The notes under the pieces were generated by a model. The model was not told the origin of the DNA, did not search any database, and worked only from the letters and a program-made list of their open reading frames with translations. Source: Elusimicrobiales bacterium (lineage in GTDB: Bacteria > Elusimicrobiota > Elusimicrobia > Elusimicrobiales > UBA9959). Taken from it: 38,405 bases of DNA. Positions 9,653 through 18,715 of the stretch are shown in pieces. Within the stretch, counting starts at the first letter, position 1; every line of letters begins with the position of its first letter. Both the position numbers and the translations under genes were made by a program. The stretch is from NCBI GenBank assembly GCA_049972095.1, contig JBMFKQ010000011.1, positions 4,892-43,296 of the forward strand, written 5' to 3'.

Positions 9653-10696
9653 CTATTGCCAAAAACCGTATATCTTTTGCCCACATTTAGGGCAGAAACC
9701 TTCTCCATTATTTACCCTGATATCTTTAAACTCAGTGTTCATATACCCTCTTTTAACAACCACAAAACTGCATGAAGGGCAAATGGTATCTGTTGAAGAG
9801 CTCATATAATTTCCACCATAGACATACCTTAATCCCTTACCTTTTGCAAAGGATATAAGATTTTCTATGGTTGAGGGTTGAGTTCTCTTCCTATCAGTCA
9901 TCTTATAATCAGGATGAAATGCCGTTAGATGCAGTGGTATATCCTTAGATATTGAGCTTATGAAGTCAATCATATCATTAAATTCATCTAACCCATCATT
10001 AAATCCTTCTACAACAAGATTTACAAACTCAATATGAAGATTTTTTGAGGCTATATACTTAATACTTGAAATATACTTATTAAAATCAGCAGAGGTAAGC
10101 CTGTTAAACTTTTCTCTATCAAAAGCCTTAATGTCAATCCTGATAAAATCAATATAAGGAAGTATATAATCTACAGCCTCACAGGATAAATATCCATTTG
10201 TAACAAAACCAGTCTTAATACCTTTGTCAATCCTTTTTGCATAAGAAAAGATATCATAAGCCCATTCAATACTTACAGTAGGCTCATTATATGTAGAAAC
10301 AATTATTCTTAAATCCTTTTCTTTCATAATATTATAGACATCACAAGGATTTGCTTCTATTATATACTCCGAGATATTATCCAAACCTTTAAACCCATCT
10401 ATCTGAGATATCTCCCAGTTTTGACAATAAAGGCATCTTAGGTTACATCCAAACATTCCAAAAGAAAGTGTATATGAACCAGCCAAAAAATGATAAAGAG
10501 GTTTTTTTTCAATCGGATCAATATGTAGTGAGGAAAAATAACCATAAGGAACAAGTAGATTACCATCTTTGTTTACTCTAACCTTACAAAAACCCTTCCC
10601 TCCATTAGCTATAACACACATCCTTTGACATGCAAGACATCTAACTGAAAGATCTTTTTCTTTCACACAAAGTTCTGATATCTTAAAATATCTCAT
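9653..10696 (-). CDS. amrS: AmmeMemoRadiSam system radical SAM enzyme
   Basis: N-terminal CxxCxxxC and GFCKVR; DPIEKKPLYHF; CNLRCLYCQNWEISQ; TYNEP; C-terminal CPSC and CPKCG. Confidence 0.92.
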   Translation of the reverse strand: MRYFKISELCVKEKDLSVRCLACQRMCVIANGGKGFCKVRVNKDGNLLVPYGYFSSLHIDPIEKKPLYHFLAGSYTLSFGMFGCNLRCLYCQNWEISQIDGFKGLDNISEYIIEANPCDVYNIMKEKDLRIIVSTYNEPTVSIEWAYDIFSYAKRIDKGIKTGFVTNGYLSCEAVDYILPYIDFIRIDIKAFDREKFNRLTSADFNKYISSIKYIASKNLHIEFVNLVVEGFNDGLDEFNDMIDFISSISKDIPLHLTAFHPDYKMTDRKRTQPSTIENLISFAKGKGLRYVYGGNYMSSSTDTICPSCSFVVVKRGYMNTEFKDIRVNNGEGFCPKCGQKIYGFWQ

Positions 10697-11573
10697 CTTT
10701 TACTATAAACTTAATTGCCTTTCGCATAACAGAGATTCTCAAAATACCATCCTCACTTATAAAATCCTCACCATCTAGATGATATACACTCTTTTGAGGA
10801 AGCTGAATCTTAAATGAGCAAGAGCTATAATGTTTCACAAAGCTGTTTTTGAGTATATCTCCGTTAAAAAGAGTATGGATTCTTTTTATATAATAGTGAA
10901 AAGATGCCATATCAACTGAAACAAATTCAAGTAAACCATCATCCATTAAAGAAGATGGGCTTATAATAGCACCTCCACCATACTGCCTGCCATTTGCCAC
11001 AGCAGCAACAAATGGCATAAAAAACTCTCTTCTACCATCAAACTCTACTAATGTTTTTATCGGTTTATATTTAAAAAATGAAAAAAAACCATGAATAAAA
11101 TAAGGAAGTAATCCTCTTACTCTGTTTCTGTTGAAAACCTTTGCTATATGTGCATCAAACCCAAAACCACAAACATTGATAAAAAGCCGGCAATTACATA
11201 TTCCTGCATCAATCTCTTTTATTTTACCATCAAAAACAAGATCTATTGCCTTCTCAATATCAAGTGGAATTGAAAGATTTCTTGCAGCGCCATTACCTGA
11301 ACCACAGGGAACTATACCTATTGCTACACCACTTCTACCCGCCATCACCTCAGCAATCTCTCTAATTGTCCCATCACCACCAACACATATAATACGGTTA
11401 AAACCTTCAGAAAAATATTTAAGTGCAAGATATCCAGCATCTCCCTTTTCTTTTGTATAATCCAGGCAGCATTCAACATTTCTACAAGAGGCTTTTTTGA
11501 GTATGATTCTCTCAACCAGAGTGTTTATCTTTAAACCAGATTTAGGATTTATTATAAAAACAAACCTATTCAT
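10683..11573 (-). CDS. Diacylglycerol/lipid kinase family (YegS/BmrU-like)
   Basis: IINPKSG, GGDGT, PCGSGN, GFGFDA, NGRQYGGG, DDGLL, LDGE. Confidence 0.93.
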   Translation of the reverse strand: MNRFVFIINPKSGLKINTLVERIILKKASCRNVECCLDYTKEKGDAGYLALKYFSEGFNRIICVGGDGTIREIAEVMAGRSGVAIGIVPCGSGNGAARNLSIPLDIEKAIDLVFDGKIKEIDAGICNCRLFINVCGFGFDAHIAKVFNRNRVRGLLPYFIHGFFSFFKYKPIKTLVEFDGRREFFMPFVAAVANGRQYGGGAIISPSSLMDDGLLEFVSVDMASFHYYIKRIHTLFNGDILKNSFVKHYSSCSFKIQLPQKSVYHLDGEDFISEDGILRISVMRKAIKFIVKDEIF

Positions 11574-12204
11574 AGCTTTTAAAATTAATGCTTACAAGTC
11601 TGTTGCCTTCAACAAGAAGTCCATCATCTGATATAAACCTCACATCATATATACCCTTTCCATAATCCTTATCTAAATATCTCTCATTACCCTCTATTAT
11701 CAGGTAGTACTCCTTATTCATAACGGAGACTGTAAAAAAGAAAATAGTTTTGCCATCTTTTTTCTCTGTTCTGATAAGAAAAGCATTCTCTGCTCTAACA
11801 GTCCTGCCAGCAAAATTTAGAGAATTCATAACAAAATCGCAGACATTGATCTCAGCATTGTCATTTTTAGAAATATCAGTGGAATCAGTAAATTCAAAAT
11901 CATCCTCCATAGGATTATCAGCACCTTTAAGGCTTTCAAGAATTTTATAATCCTTAACCTTATTACTCTTATCATCCTTCTTATCTAAATCCTCAAGCCA
12001 TCTTTTTTTGCTACTATAAACAGGATTGTAATTATCAGTTTTTTTATTAGATATTGCCCTTTTATAATAAATGGATTTATAGCTATCAAATCTGTTAAAA
12101 AAACCTTTAAAATAATCCTTTTCCACACCAAGATAGATACCCAAAAGAATACCTACAATAAAAAAAAGAATGGTATTTAACAATCTCATCTTATAAAAAT
12201 TCAT
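11566..12204 (-). CDS. Hypothetical membrane-anchored protein, possible C-terminal OB-fold-like domain
   Basis: N-terminal TM (ILFFIVGILLGIYLG), charged linker, beta-rich C-terminus. ATG 12204 chosen because it lies 6 nt from a TATAAT; the track start is 12219. Confidence 0.7.
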   Translation of the reverse strand: MNFYKMRLLNTILFFIVGILLGIYLGVEKDYFKGFFNRFDSYKSIYYKRAISNKKTDNYNPVYSSKKRWLEDLDKKDDKSNKVKDYKILESLKGADNPMEDDFEFTDSTDISKNDNAEINVCDFVMNSLNFAGRTVRAENAFLIRTEKKDGKTIFFFTVSVMNKEYYLIIEGNERYLDKDYGKGIYDVRFISDDGLLVEGNRLVSINFKSYE

Positions 12205-12244
12205 GTTTATATTATACAAAAAGACTCAGCACAGAAAGATTAAA

Positions 12245-12970
12245 TTATTGTTTCAATCTATTCCTTAGTCTGTTTATCTTCTCAACCGTCCTTTCATCTC
12301 TTTCTTTAAGCTTCCTCATCACATTCTCAAAATATCTCTCAAGCCTATGAGCTCTTTTCCTTTCCTTTTCCATAATTGAAGAAAACCTATTTTGAAGCCT
12401 TATTTTAATCTTATCTACAATAGCAGATTGACCTGCTTTAAGCACAACTCTTTCATCTCCCTTCATAACCTCAATCTCGCCTTTGAAAACCCCTATCTCA
12501 GATGAGTTATTGTCTGATATTATGCTAAAGTTTGTTCCTCTAACACCAAAAACAGCTATTGGTGTCTTAATCTTATACTGCATATTTTCAAGCTTATTTA
12601 CAAAAAACATTGCTTTGCCATAGAGATAGTCAAGCCAACCATTATCAGAAAAGCCCTCATCTGCCCAGACATCTGTGGCAAGATCAAAGATATTTAAAAA
12701 GGAAATAGAAGATGATGTGCTTTTTTGAAGTCCAATAGTAAGGCTTGAGTTTTCAGAAAGCAAAATCATTATTCCATCATCATATACAAGCTCTACCTCA
12801 GAGGCGGATGATGTTTTAATAGTCATACCAGTTGAAAGATAACTACCAGTGCTTATTTCAATCCTCTTACCATCGCTTGAGTAATAACTAACATTGCCTG
12901 TCACCTTATAAACCTTTATCCCTGCAAAAGCCTCCAGAGATAGAAAAAAGAAAATAAAAAGTTTAATCAT
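12245..12970 (-). CDS. Secreted FecR-domain protein with basic coiled C-terminal tail
   Basis: Signal peptide ending AFA; IKTSSASEVELVYDDG, LSENSSL, KTPIAVFGVRGTNF, VFKGEIEV, LKAGQ. Confidence 0.88.
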   Translation of the reverse strand: MIKLFIFFFLSLEAFAGIKVYKVTGNVSYYSSDGKRIEISTGSYLSTGMTIKTSSASEVELVYDDGIMILLSENSSLTIGLQKSTSSSISFLNIFDLATDVWADEGFSDNGWLDYLYGKAMFFVNKLENMQYKIKTPIAVFGVRGTNFSIISDNNSSEIGVFKGEIEVMKGDERVVLKAGQSAIVDKIKIRLQNRFSSIMEKERKRAHRLERYFENVMRKLKERDERTVEKINRLRNRLKQ

Positions 12971-12980
12971 AAGCCTTCCA

Positions 12981-14015
12981 TCATTGCCTTTTAACAGCCT
13001 CTATACTGAAGGGAGAAATCTTTTTAACATCAAAAAGTAGGCTCTTGTTAATAACAGGATAGATATCCTCAGCCTTCCCACGATGCATAACTATCTCAAT
13101 AACACATCTCTTATTCTCATAACTTTTGACATAAACATTTCTTACTACACTAATGTTTTTGAAAAGCTTTATTGCCTCATTTACATCATTAACAGAGGAA
13201 AGATTATCTATCTCAACCTTAACAGTTCTTTTTGATGAATAAAAATTCATTATAGCATCCTTTATCTTAGGATATATCTTTCTTGCACACGCTATAGATG
13301 CATTGTTTCTTGCATCAGCATCTGAAAGACCTATGCCACCAGAGCTTTCAGCAAAACCTCCGACAGCCTCACCTTCAGAGGTTGATATACCTCCATCAAT
13401 AGAGCACCTATATGAAATAAAACCACCAAGACCTTCTGATGTATTAAATGATGTTTTAACATTACCCTCAATAATTATATCAGCATCTGAGGTTGAATAA
13501 GAAAGTCTAAACAGGTCTTTTTTAAGCTCTCCAATAAGGACATTTTCAGGTCCTTTAAAATCCACAAGACTCAAATCCTTAACCTTAACAACAATCACTG
13601 GACTTCCTATCCTTTCAATCTCATTTTCAAAACTCCTTACCTTTGCAGCAATATCCTCTTTTCTAACATCAGCTCTGATCTTAACATAATAAATTCCATT
13701 CTCTTGATATTCTTTCAATATCTCATACTTTTCTATGTACCCTTGAGTATTCGCGTTTATCTCATCATCTATAAGGACTGATTTTGAAACAAGTGAATCA
13801 GCGCTTATATAAACTCCAACAACAAGATGCAATGCATTTTTTAAAGCATCATTTAAAGCAGACTTTTTTGACAAATCTATATTGTTATCAATAATTGCTG
13901 ATGAACCTACCGCCTCAACCCTCTCAACCTGATAGCGAGAATTTAGATCAGATTTTTTCACATTATGACTGCAGCCAACAATAAATACAAACAACAAAAA
14001 GACATATCCTTTCAT
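12981..14015 (-). CDS. Lipoprotein with FlgT N-terminal-like domain
   Basis: Lipobox IVGC; VEAVGSSAI...ALNDALKNAL...GVYISADSLV...GYIEKYEIL...YYVKIRADV resembles FlgT_N; GGAGG SD. Confidence 0.75.
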   Translation of the reverse strand: MKGYVFLLFVFIVGCSHNVKKSDLNSRYQVERVEAVGSSAIIDNNIDLSKKSALNDALKNALHLVVGVYISADSLVSKSVLIDDEINANTQGYIEKYEILKEYQENGIYYVKIRADVRKEDIAAKVRSFENEIERIGSPVIVVKVKDLSLVDFKGPENVLIGELKKDLFRLSYSTSDADIIIEGNVKTSFNTSEGLGGFISYRCSIDGGISTSEGEAVGGFAESSGGIGLSDADARNNASIACARKIYPKIKDAIMNFYSSKRTVKVEIDNLSSVNDVNEAIKLFKNISVVRNVYVKSYENKRCVIEIVMHRGKAEDIYPVINKSLLFDVKKISPFSIEAVKRQ

Positions 14016-14086
14016 ATTTGCACCTCCATATTATAACTCCACGAAAAATCTGCAAAAGATAGTTTTGGATTACCTTGCAATTAAAC

Positions 14087-14536
14087 CTATTCAACCAGCT
14101 TTAGGCCCATATCCTTTAAAGCTGACTTAGGAAGCCTTAAAACCACAACACAACCATCATCACTTGTCCATTCAGTTCTAACCACCTGAGCACCTTTTAT
14201 CAAAGCATCAATCTTTGTTGCAAGCACTGAATCTGTTTCTATAGCTTTTTCAACTGTTATACCACCTTCAAGCTGAACACCTTTTATTATTGAAAGCATA
14301 TTATACTGAGCATTGACTATTGCGGCGTTTCTTGAAGTTGCCATCCTTTGAGTTTTATTTTCAAGGCTCTGATCAGCAGCTCCTATTCCTCTTGCAAATA
14401 TATAATTTTTTGTAGCTCCTTGCTCAACCCACTCTCTTTCTATCTCACCACTTCTTGAAACAGTTCCTTTATCAGGGCTAGACTTACAGGCAATAACTCC
14501 AAGAGCTATCATAAATAGAATTGTTATTCTTTTCAT
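14087..14536 (-). CDS. LPP20/FlgP-like lipoprotein
   Basis: ATG 14536 with GGAGG SD; lipobox VIAC; ARGIGA...SRNAAIVNAQYNMLSIIKGVQLEGGITV...IDALIKGAQVV matches the LPP20/FlgP pattern. Confidence 0.8.
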   Translation of the reverse strand: MKRITILFMIALGVIACKSSPDKGTVSRSGEIEREWVEQGATKNYIFARGIGAADQSLENKTQRMATSRNAAIVNAQYNMLSIIKGVQLEGGITVEKAIETDSVLATKIDALIKGAQVVRTEWTSDDGCVVVLRLPKSALKDMGLKLVE

Positions 14537-14553
14537 AGCCCCTCCTGTTTCAA

Positions 14554-14602
14554 ATTCTACCATTTAAACATCTTGACAGTCAAGTTTTACTTTTTATAAA
14601 AT
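14554..14602. promoter_or_regulatory. Overlapping divergent sigma70 promoters centred on the palindrome CTTGAC-A-GTCAAG
   Basis: Plus strand: TTGACA 14573-14578 then TAAAAT 14597-14602 (18 nt). Minus strand: TTGACT 14583-14578 then TGnTAGAAT, hexamer 14559-14554 (18 nt). Confidence 0.7.
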
Positions 14603-14650
14603 AATTTTACTAACCTATTTTTCAAAAGATCGTAAGAGTTTTTTATTAAA

Positions 14651-15544
14651 ATGATAAGGATAAAAGGATTAAAAAAATCTTATGGTAATTTTGAAGCACT
14701 TCATGGAATATCATTTGAGATTAAACCTTCAAAAATAACCGCAATTCTTGGTCCAAATGGAGCAGGCAAAACTACTATACTTAGAATCTTAAGTGGGTAT
14801 ATTGATTATGATGAAGGAGAGATTGAGTTTTTTGATAAAAAAGTGACAGATGATAATATTAAAGAGATTAAAAAGATAATAGGATATGTTGCTGAAAATA
14901 ATCCTATATATGAAGATTTAGAGGTTGTGGATTATCTAAACTGGATATCAGATATCTATAGAGTTGATAGAAGAAATGTAAGGGAGGCAATTGACAAGTG
15001 TTCTCTTAAAGATGTATGTGGAAGAAAAATAGCAACACTCTCAAAAGGTTATAAGCAAAGGGTTTCTCTTGCAAAAGCAATACTTCACAATCCACAATTC
15101 TTGCTTCTTGATGAACCTACAACAGGCCTTGATCCAAATCAAGCAAGACAGACAAGGGAGTTAATAAAAACTCTTAGCAAAGATAAAACAATCGTGATAT
15201 CAACTCATATTCTAAGTGAGGTTGAGACCCTTGCTGACGATATAGTCATAATAAATAGAGGTAGCATAGCTGCATATGGCACAAAGGATGAGATTTTAAA
15301 ATCATATTCAGCAAATGCCTATATAATAAAAACCCCTATTGGAGAAGAGTTAAAAATAGAAGGAGCAAAAATAGAAAAAACTCAAAGCCAATTAGAATGT
15401 GTCTGGAGGCTTGAGTTTGACACAGATGAGGATATGAGGGCTAAGTTGATTGAAGAGCTAAAAAAAGACGGAGTTAATTTCTTTGAGTTTTACAGAGAAA
15501 AGATAACACTGGATGAGATATTTAGAAGAATAACTGAGGACTAA
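14651..15544 (+). CDS. ABC transporter ATP-binding protein, GldA-like
   Basis: GPNGAGKTT, LSKGYKQRV, LLLDEPTTGLDPNQ, ISTH. Confidence 0.92.
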   Translation: MIRIKGLKKSYGNFEALHGISFEIKPSKITAILGPNGAGKTTILRILSGYIDYDEGEIEFFDKKVTDDNIKEIKKIIGYVAENNPIYEDLEVVDYLNWISDIYRVDRRNVREAIDKCSLKDVCGRKIATLSKGYKQRVSLAKAILHNPQFLLLDEPTTGLDPNQARQTRELIKTLSKDKTIVISTHILSEVETLADDIVIINRGSIAAYGTKDEILKSYSANAYIIKTPIGEELKIEGAKIEKTQSQLECVWRLEFDTDEDMRAKLIEELKKDGVNFFEFYREKITLDEIFRRITED

Positions 15545-15548
15545 ATTT

Positions 15549-16292
15549 ATGAATACAGCTAAAATAAGCCCCAGCAACATTTTAAAGGTTGCATCAAAGG
15601 AAATGAGACATTATTTTGATGCACCCCATTCCTATGTTCTCATTTGTGTATATCTGTTTATCATAGGATATTTCTTTGCACAGCCACTTTTTTTGATAAA
15701 CCAAGCCAATCTAAATTCTGTTGTCGATATAGCACCGTTGATTCTAACATTTTTTGTGCCTGCAATAACAATGAAGCTTATAGCAGAGGAGAAAAAAACC
15801 CAGACAATTGAGATTCTTATGACACTTCCTTTAACTGAGGAAGAAATAATTCTTGGCAAATATCTTTCAGCCCTATCTGTCGTAGGGCTTAGCATTATTC
15901 TTATGCTTGCTTATCCAATAACACTTCTTTTTCTTTCAAAACCTGATGTTGGACATCTTGTTGGAACATATCTTTCAATTTTTTTTATTTCTGCCTCCTT
16001 TGCAGCAATAGGGCTCTTTGCCTCAACATTATCATCAAGCCAGATAATAGCATTTATTATTGGTTTTGCTATATGCTTTGTTCTTTACCTTGCAGGAAAA
16101 GTAACCTTCTTTCTTCCAATATCAATTCAGGATATAGTATCCTATATCGGTATTGATCCGCATCTGACTAATATGTCAAGAGGTGTTATAGATTTAAAGG
16201 ATATAGTTTATTTTATATCAGTCATATGCCTTTTTATTTATCTTTCCATACAGCAGATAAAAAGGCCATTAAAAAGACGGGAAAGCCTATGA
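15549..16292 (+). CDS. ABC-2 permease, GldF-like
   Basis: KEMRHYF, PAITMKLIAEEKKTQTIEILMTLP, ILGKY, RGVIDLKDIVYF. Confidence 0.9.
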   Translation: MNTAKISPSNILKVASKEMRHYFDAPHSYVLICVYLFIIGYFFAQPLFLINQANLNSVVDIAPLILTFFVPAITMKLIAEEKKTQTIEILMTLPLTEEEIILGKYLSALSVVGLSIILMLAYPITLLFLSKPDVGHLVGTYLSIFFISASFAAIGLFASTLSSSQIIAFIIGFAICFVLYLAGKVTFFLPISIQDIVSYIGIDPHLTNMSRGVIDLKDIVYFISVICLFIYLSIQQIKRPLKRRESL

Positions 16293-17857
16293 AAAAAAAC
16301 ATAATCAAGATATCTTTTGTAGTCTTTGCTGTTATCATAGTAAATGCCATATTTTCATACATATCGTTAAGAATAGATCTAACAAAAAGCAAAATCTACT
16401 CATTATCCAATGGAACTAAAGATATACTAAAAAAAATAGAGGATAATCTTTTTATAGATCTTTATTACTCACAACAGCTTCCAGCACAGATTGCTGCAAA
16501 CAGAGACTATGCTATCTCACTTATAAGAGATTATGTGACATATTCAAGAGGAAAGATAAGGTTTTCAGGCATAAAGATAAAAAATGATGACCAGGAGGCT
16601 AAAAAACAGGCTATTAATGAAGGAATTACAGCTGTTAGATTTGATGTTATCTCAAAAGAAAAGTTTGAACAGACTGAGGGAGTAATTGGAATCGTAATGA
16701 GATACAGAGATAAGAAAGAGGTTATACCTTTTTTATCCGATATCTCAAACCTTGAGTATGAACTTTCATCAAGAATAAATTCAATGATAAAGGATAGAAA
16801 AAATAAGATTTACTTTATAACAGATGCCGGTGGTCTTTCTTCATACAGATTATCTCAGGATATTATCTCTCAGCTTTCATCAAATTATGAAATAGAGGAT
16901 TCATCACTTAACTCCCTTTACTCATCCTCATCTGAAATAACTGCCTGTTATATTGCTCCATCATCATTTCTTGATGAGAAAAGTCTTTATTACCTTGATC
17001 AACTTCTTGTAAGAGGAATAAGAATTTTTATTGCCTATGACAGAAAATATACATCCTTAGAGAGCTTTTTTACCAGAGATAATTCAACTGGAATAGAAAA
17101 AATTCTTGAAGCAAATGGAATAAAAATAAAAAACACACTTATCCTTGACAAAAACTCACAGGCAATTCAGATAGGCTTTAGGCAAGGTTTTTTCCTTATC
17201 ACAAACATAGTTAAGTATCCATTCTTCATCTTAAGCCAGGATATAAACAGAAACCATCCAACTGCAAGAGAGGTTTATTCTCTGACAATGCCATTTGCAT
17301 CGCCAATAGAGGTTTCAACATCAACATCTCTTTCAATAACAGGAGTTGTTAGTTCCTCAAAATATAGCTGGGCAAAAAAGGAGAACTCTTATATAAGCAT
17401 ATATCCTTTCCAGGATTTTTCACCTTCGAATGATGACCTCAAGGGTCCATTTAGTATAGCAATATCGGCAAAGGGAAGGTTTGTATCACATTTTGATAAG
17501 GATATTGAAGTCAAGAATGGTAAGAAGAAGGAAATACTTAAGGTTATCAAAAAGGGTGAAAAAGAAGGCCTTCTATATCTTGTAAGCACATCCAAGTTTA
17601 TACATCAGGAAAATCTCAATCCTGAAAATGCACAGTACTTTTTCAATATCTTAAACTACATATCAGAGGATGAGGCTCTTCTATCTATAAGATTAAAAAA
17701 ATCCATCTTTGTTCCACTTAACGAAATAAAGGATACATACAAAGTTCTTATAAAGTATGCAAATATATTCCTTCCGGTAATACTTCTAATATCATTAGGG
17801 CTTTATCGCTGGAAAAAGAATCAAAAGAGAATTAGAGAGCTTTTAGTTGTGAAATAG
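16289..17857 (+). CDS. GldG-like ABC auxiliary (periplasmic) component
   Basis: RIDLTKSKIYSLS, LEYELSSRI, N- and C-terminal TM helices. ATG 16289 overlaps the gldF-like stop (ATGA). Confidence 0.88.
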   Translation: MKKNIIKISFVVFAVIIVNAIFSYISLRIDLTKSKIYSLSNGTKDILKKIEDNLFIDLYYSQQLPAQIAANRDYAISLIRDYVTYSRGKIRFSGIKIKNDDQEAKKQAINEGITAVRFDVISKEKFEQTEGVIGIVMRYRDKKEVIPFLSDISNLEYELSSRINSMIKDRKNKIYFITDAGGLSSYRLSQDIISQLSSNYEIEDSSLNSLYSSSSEITACYIAPSSFLDEKSLYYLDQLLVRGIRIFIAYDRKYTSLESFFTRDNSTGIEKILEANGIKIKNTLILDKNSQAIQIGFRQGFFLITNIVKYPFFILSQDINRNHPTAREVYSLTMPFASPIEVSTSTSLSITGVVSSSKYSWAKKENSYISIYPFQDFSPSNDDLKGPFSIAISAKGRFVSHFDKDIEVKNGKKKEILKVIKKGEKEGLLYLVSTSKFIHQENLNPENAQYFFNILNYISEDEALLSIRLKKSIFVPLNEIKDTYKVLIKYANIFLPVILLISLGLYRWKKNQKRIRELLVVK

Positions 17858-17871
17858 TGGTGGAGGAATAT

Positions 17872-18714
17872 ATGAAGTTAGAATACAGATATGCCTTAAT
17901 AGTTGGTGCGTTAATAATAGGTTTTATAATTGCAAAAAGAATATATGAACCACAAATATATTCAAACAAAGACTTTTCAGATCTCATAAACACAAAAGAT
18001 ATAACAAAGATTGAATTTGAGATTAATCAAAAAAAATACACCTTTGAAAAAAGGGATGGACAATGGATGATAACCCAACCCTATAGATGGAAGGCTGACT
18101 CAAACCAGATAACAAATCTTATTACAAGCCTTGAAAAATCAAAAATTTATGGACCTCTAACAGAAAACGAAAAACTTTATGAAAGGTTTGAAATAAATCA
18201 AAACTCTGGTAAGATAACACTTTCCTCAAACAAAACAATCTCATTTCTTACAGGAAAAGAAGGGCAATCATTTAGATCCCTTTTTATAAAGTTTTCTGAT
18301 AAAAAACCGATATACGAACTCAATGGAATCTCATCATTTGATCTTAAAAAAGATCCTACAAATTTTATTGACAAAAACCTCATAACATTTAAGGATGAGG
18401 AGATAGAAAAGATCTCATTCAATTATGCCAACAAAGAATATACATTCTCAAAAAAAGACTCTGAATGGTCTGATCTAAAAGCAAAAAGCATCTATGAAAA
18501 GCTTAAAAACATAAGATTTTCAGAAATAACTGATGAAAAAATTAATTTAAATGCTGATCTCACACTAACACTGACATCAAAATCAGAGGTGAATGTATTT
18601 AATTTTATAAAGGGAAAAGATACATATATAGTAAAAACATCAGAGATAAACTTTAAGCTAAACGAGTATGACTCAAAAAAGATAAAGGAGATAAAGGAGA
18701 TACTTTTAAAATAG
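17872..18714 (+). CDS. DUF4340 domain protein
   Basis: N-terminal TM; KRDGQWMITQPYRWKAD motif; usual position after GldG; GGAGG SD before ATG 17872. Confidence 0.8.
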   Translation: MKLEYRYALIVGALIIGFIIAKRIYEPQIYSNKDFSDLINTKDITKIEFEINQKKYTFEKRDGQWMITQPYRWKADSNQITNLITSLEKSKIYGPLTENEKLYERFEINQNSGKITLSSNKTISFLTGKEGQSFRSLFIKFSDKKPIYELNGISSFDLKKDPTNFIDKNLITFKDEEIEKISFNYANKEYTFSKKDSEWSDLKAKSIYEKLKNIRFSEITDEKINLNADLTLTLTSKSEVNVFNFIKGKDTYIVKTSEINFKLNEYDSKKIKEIKEILLK

Positions 18715-18715
18715 T

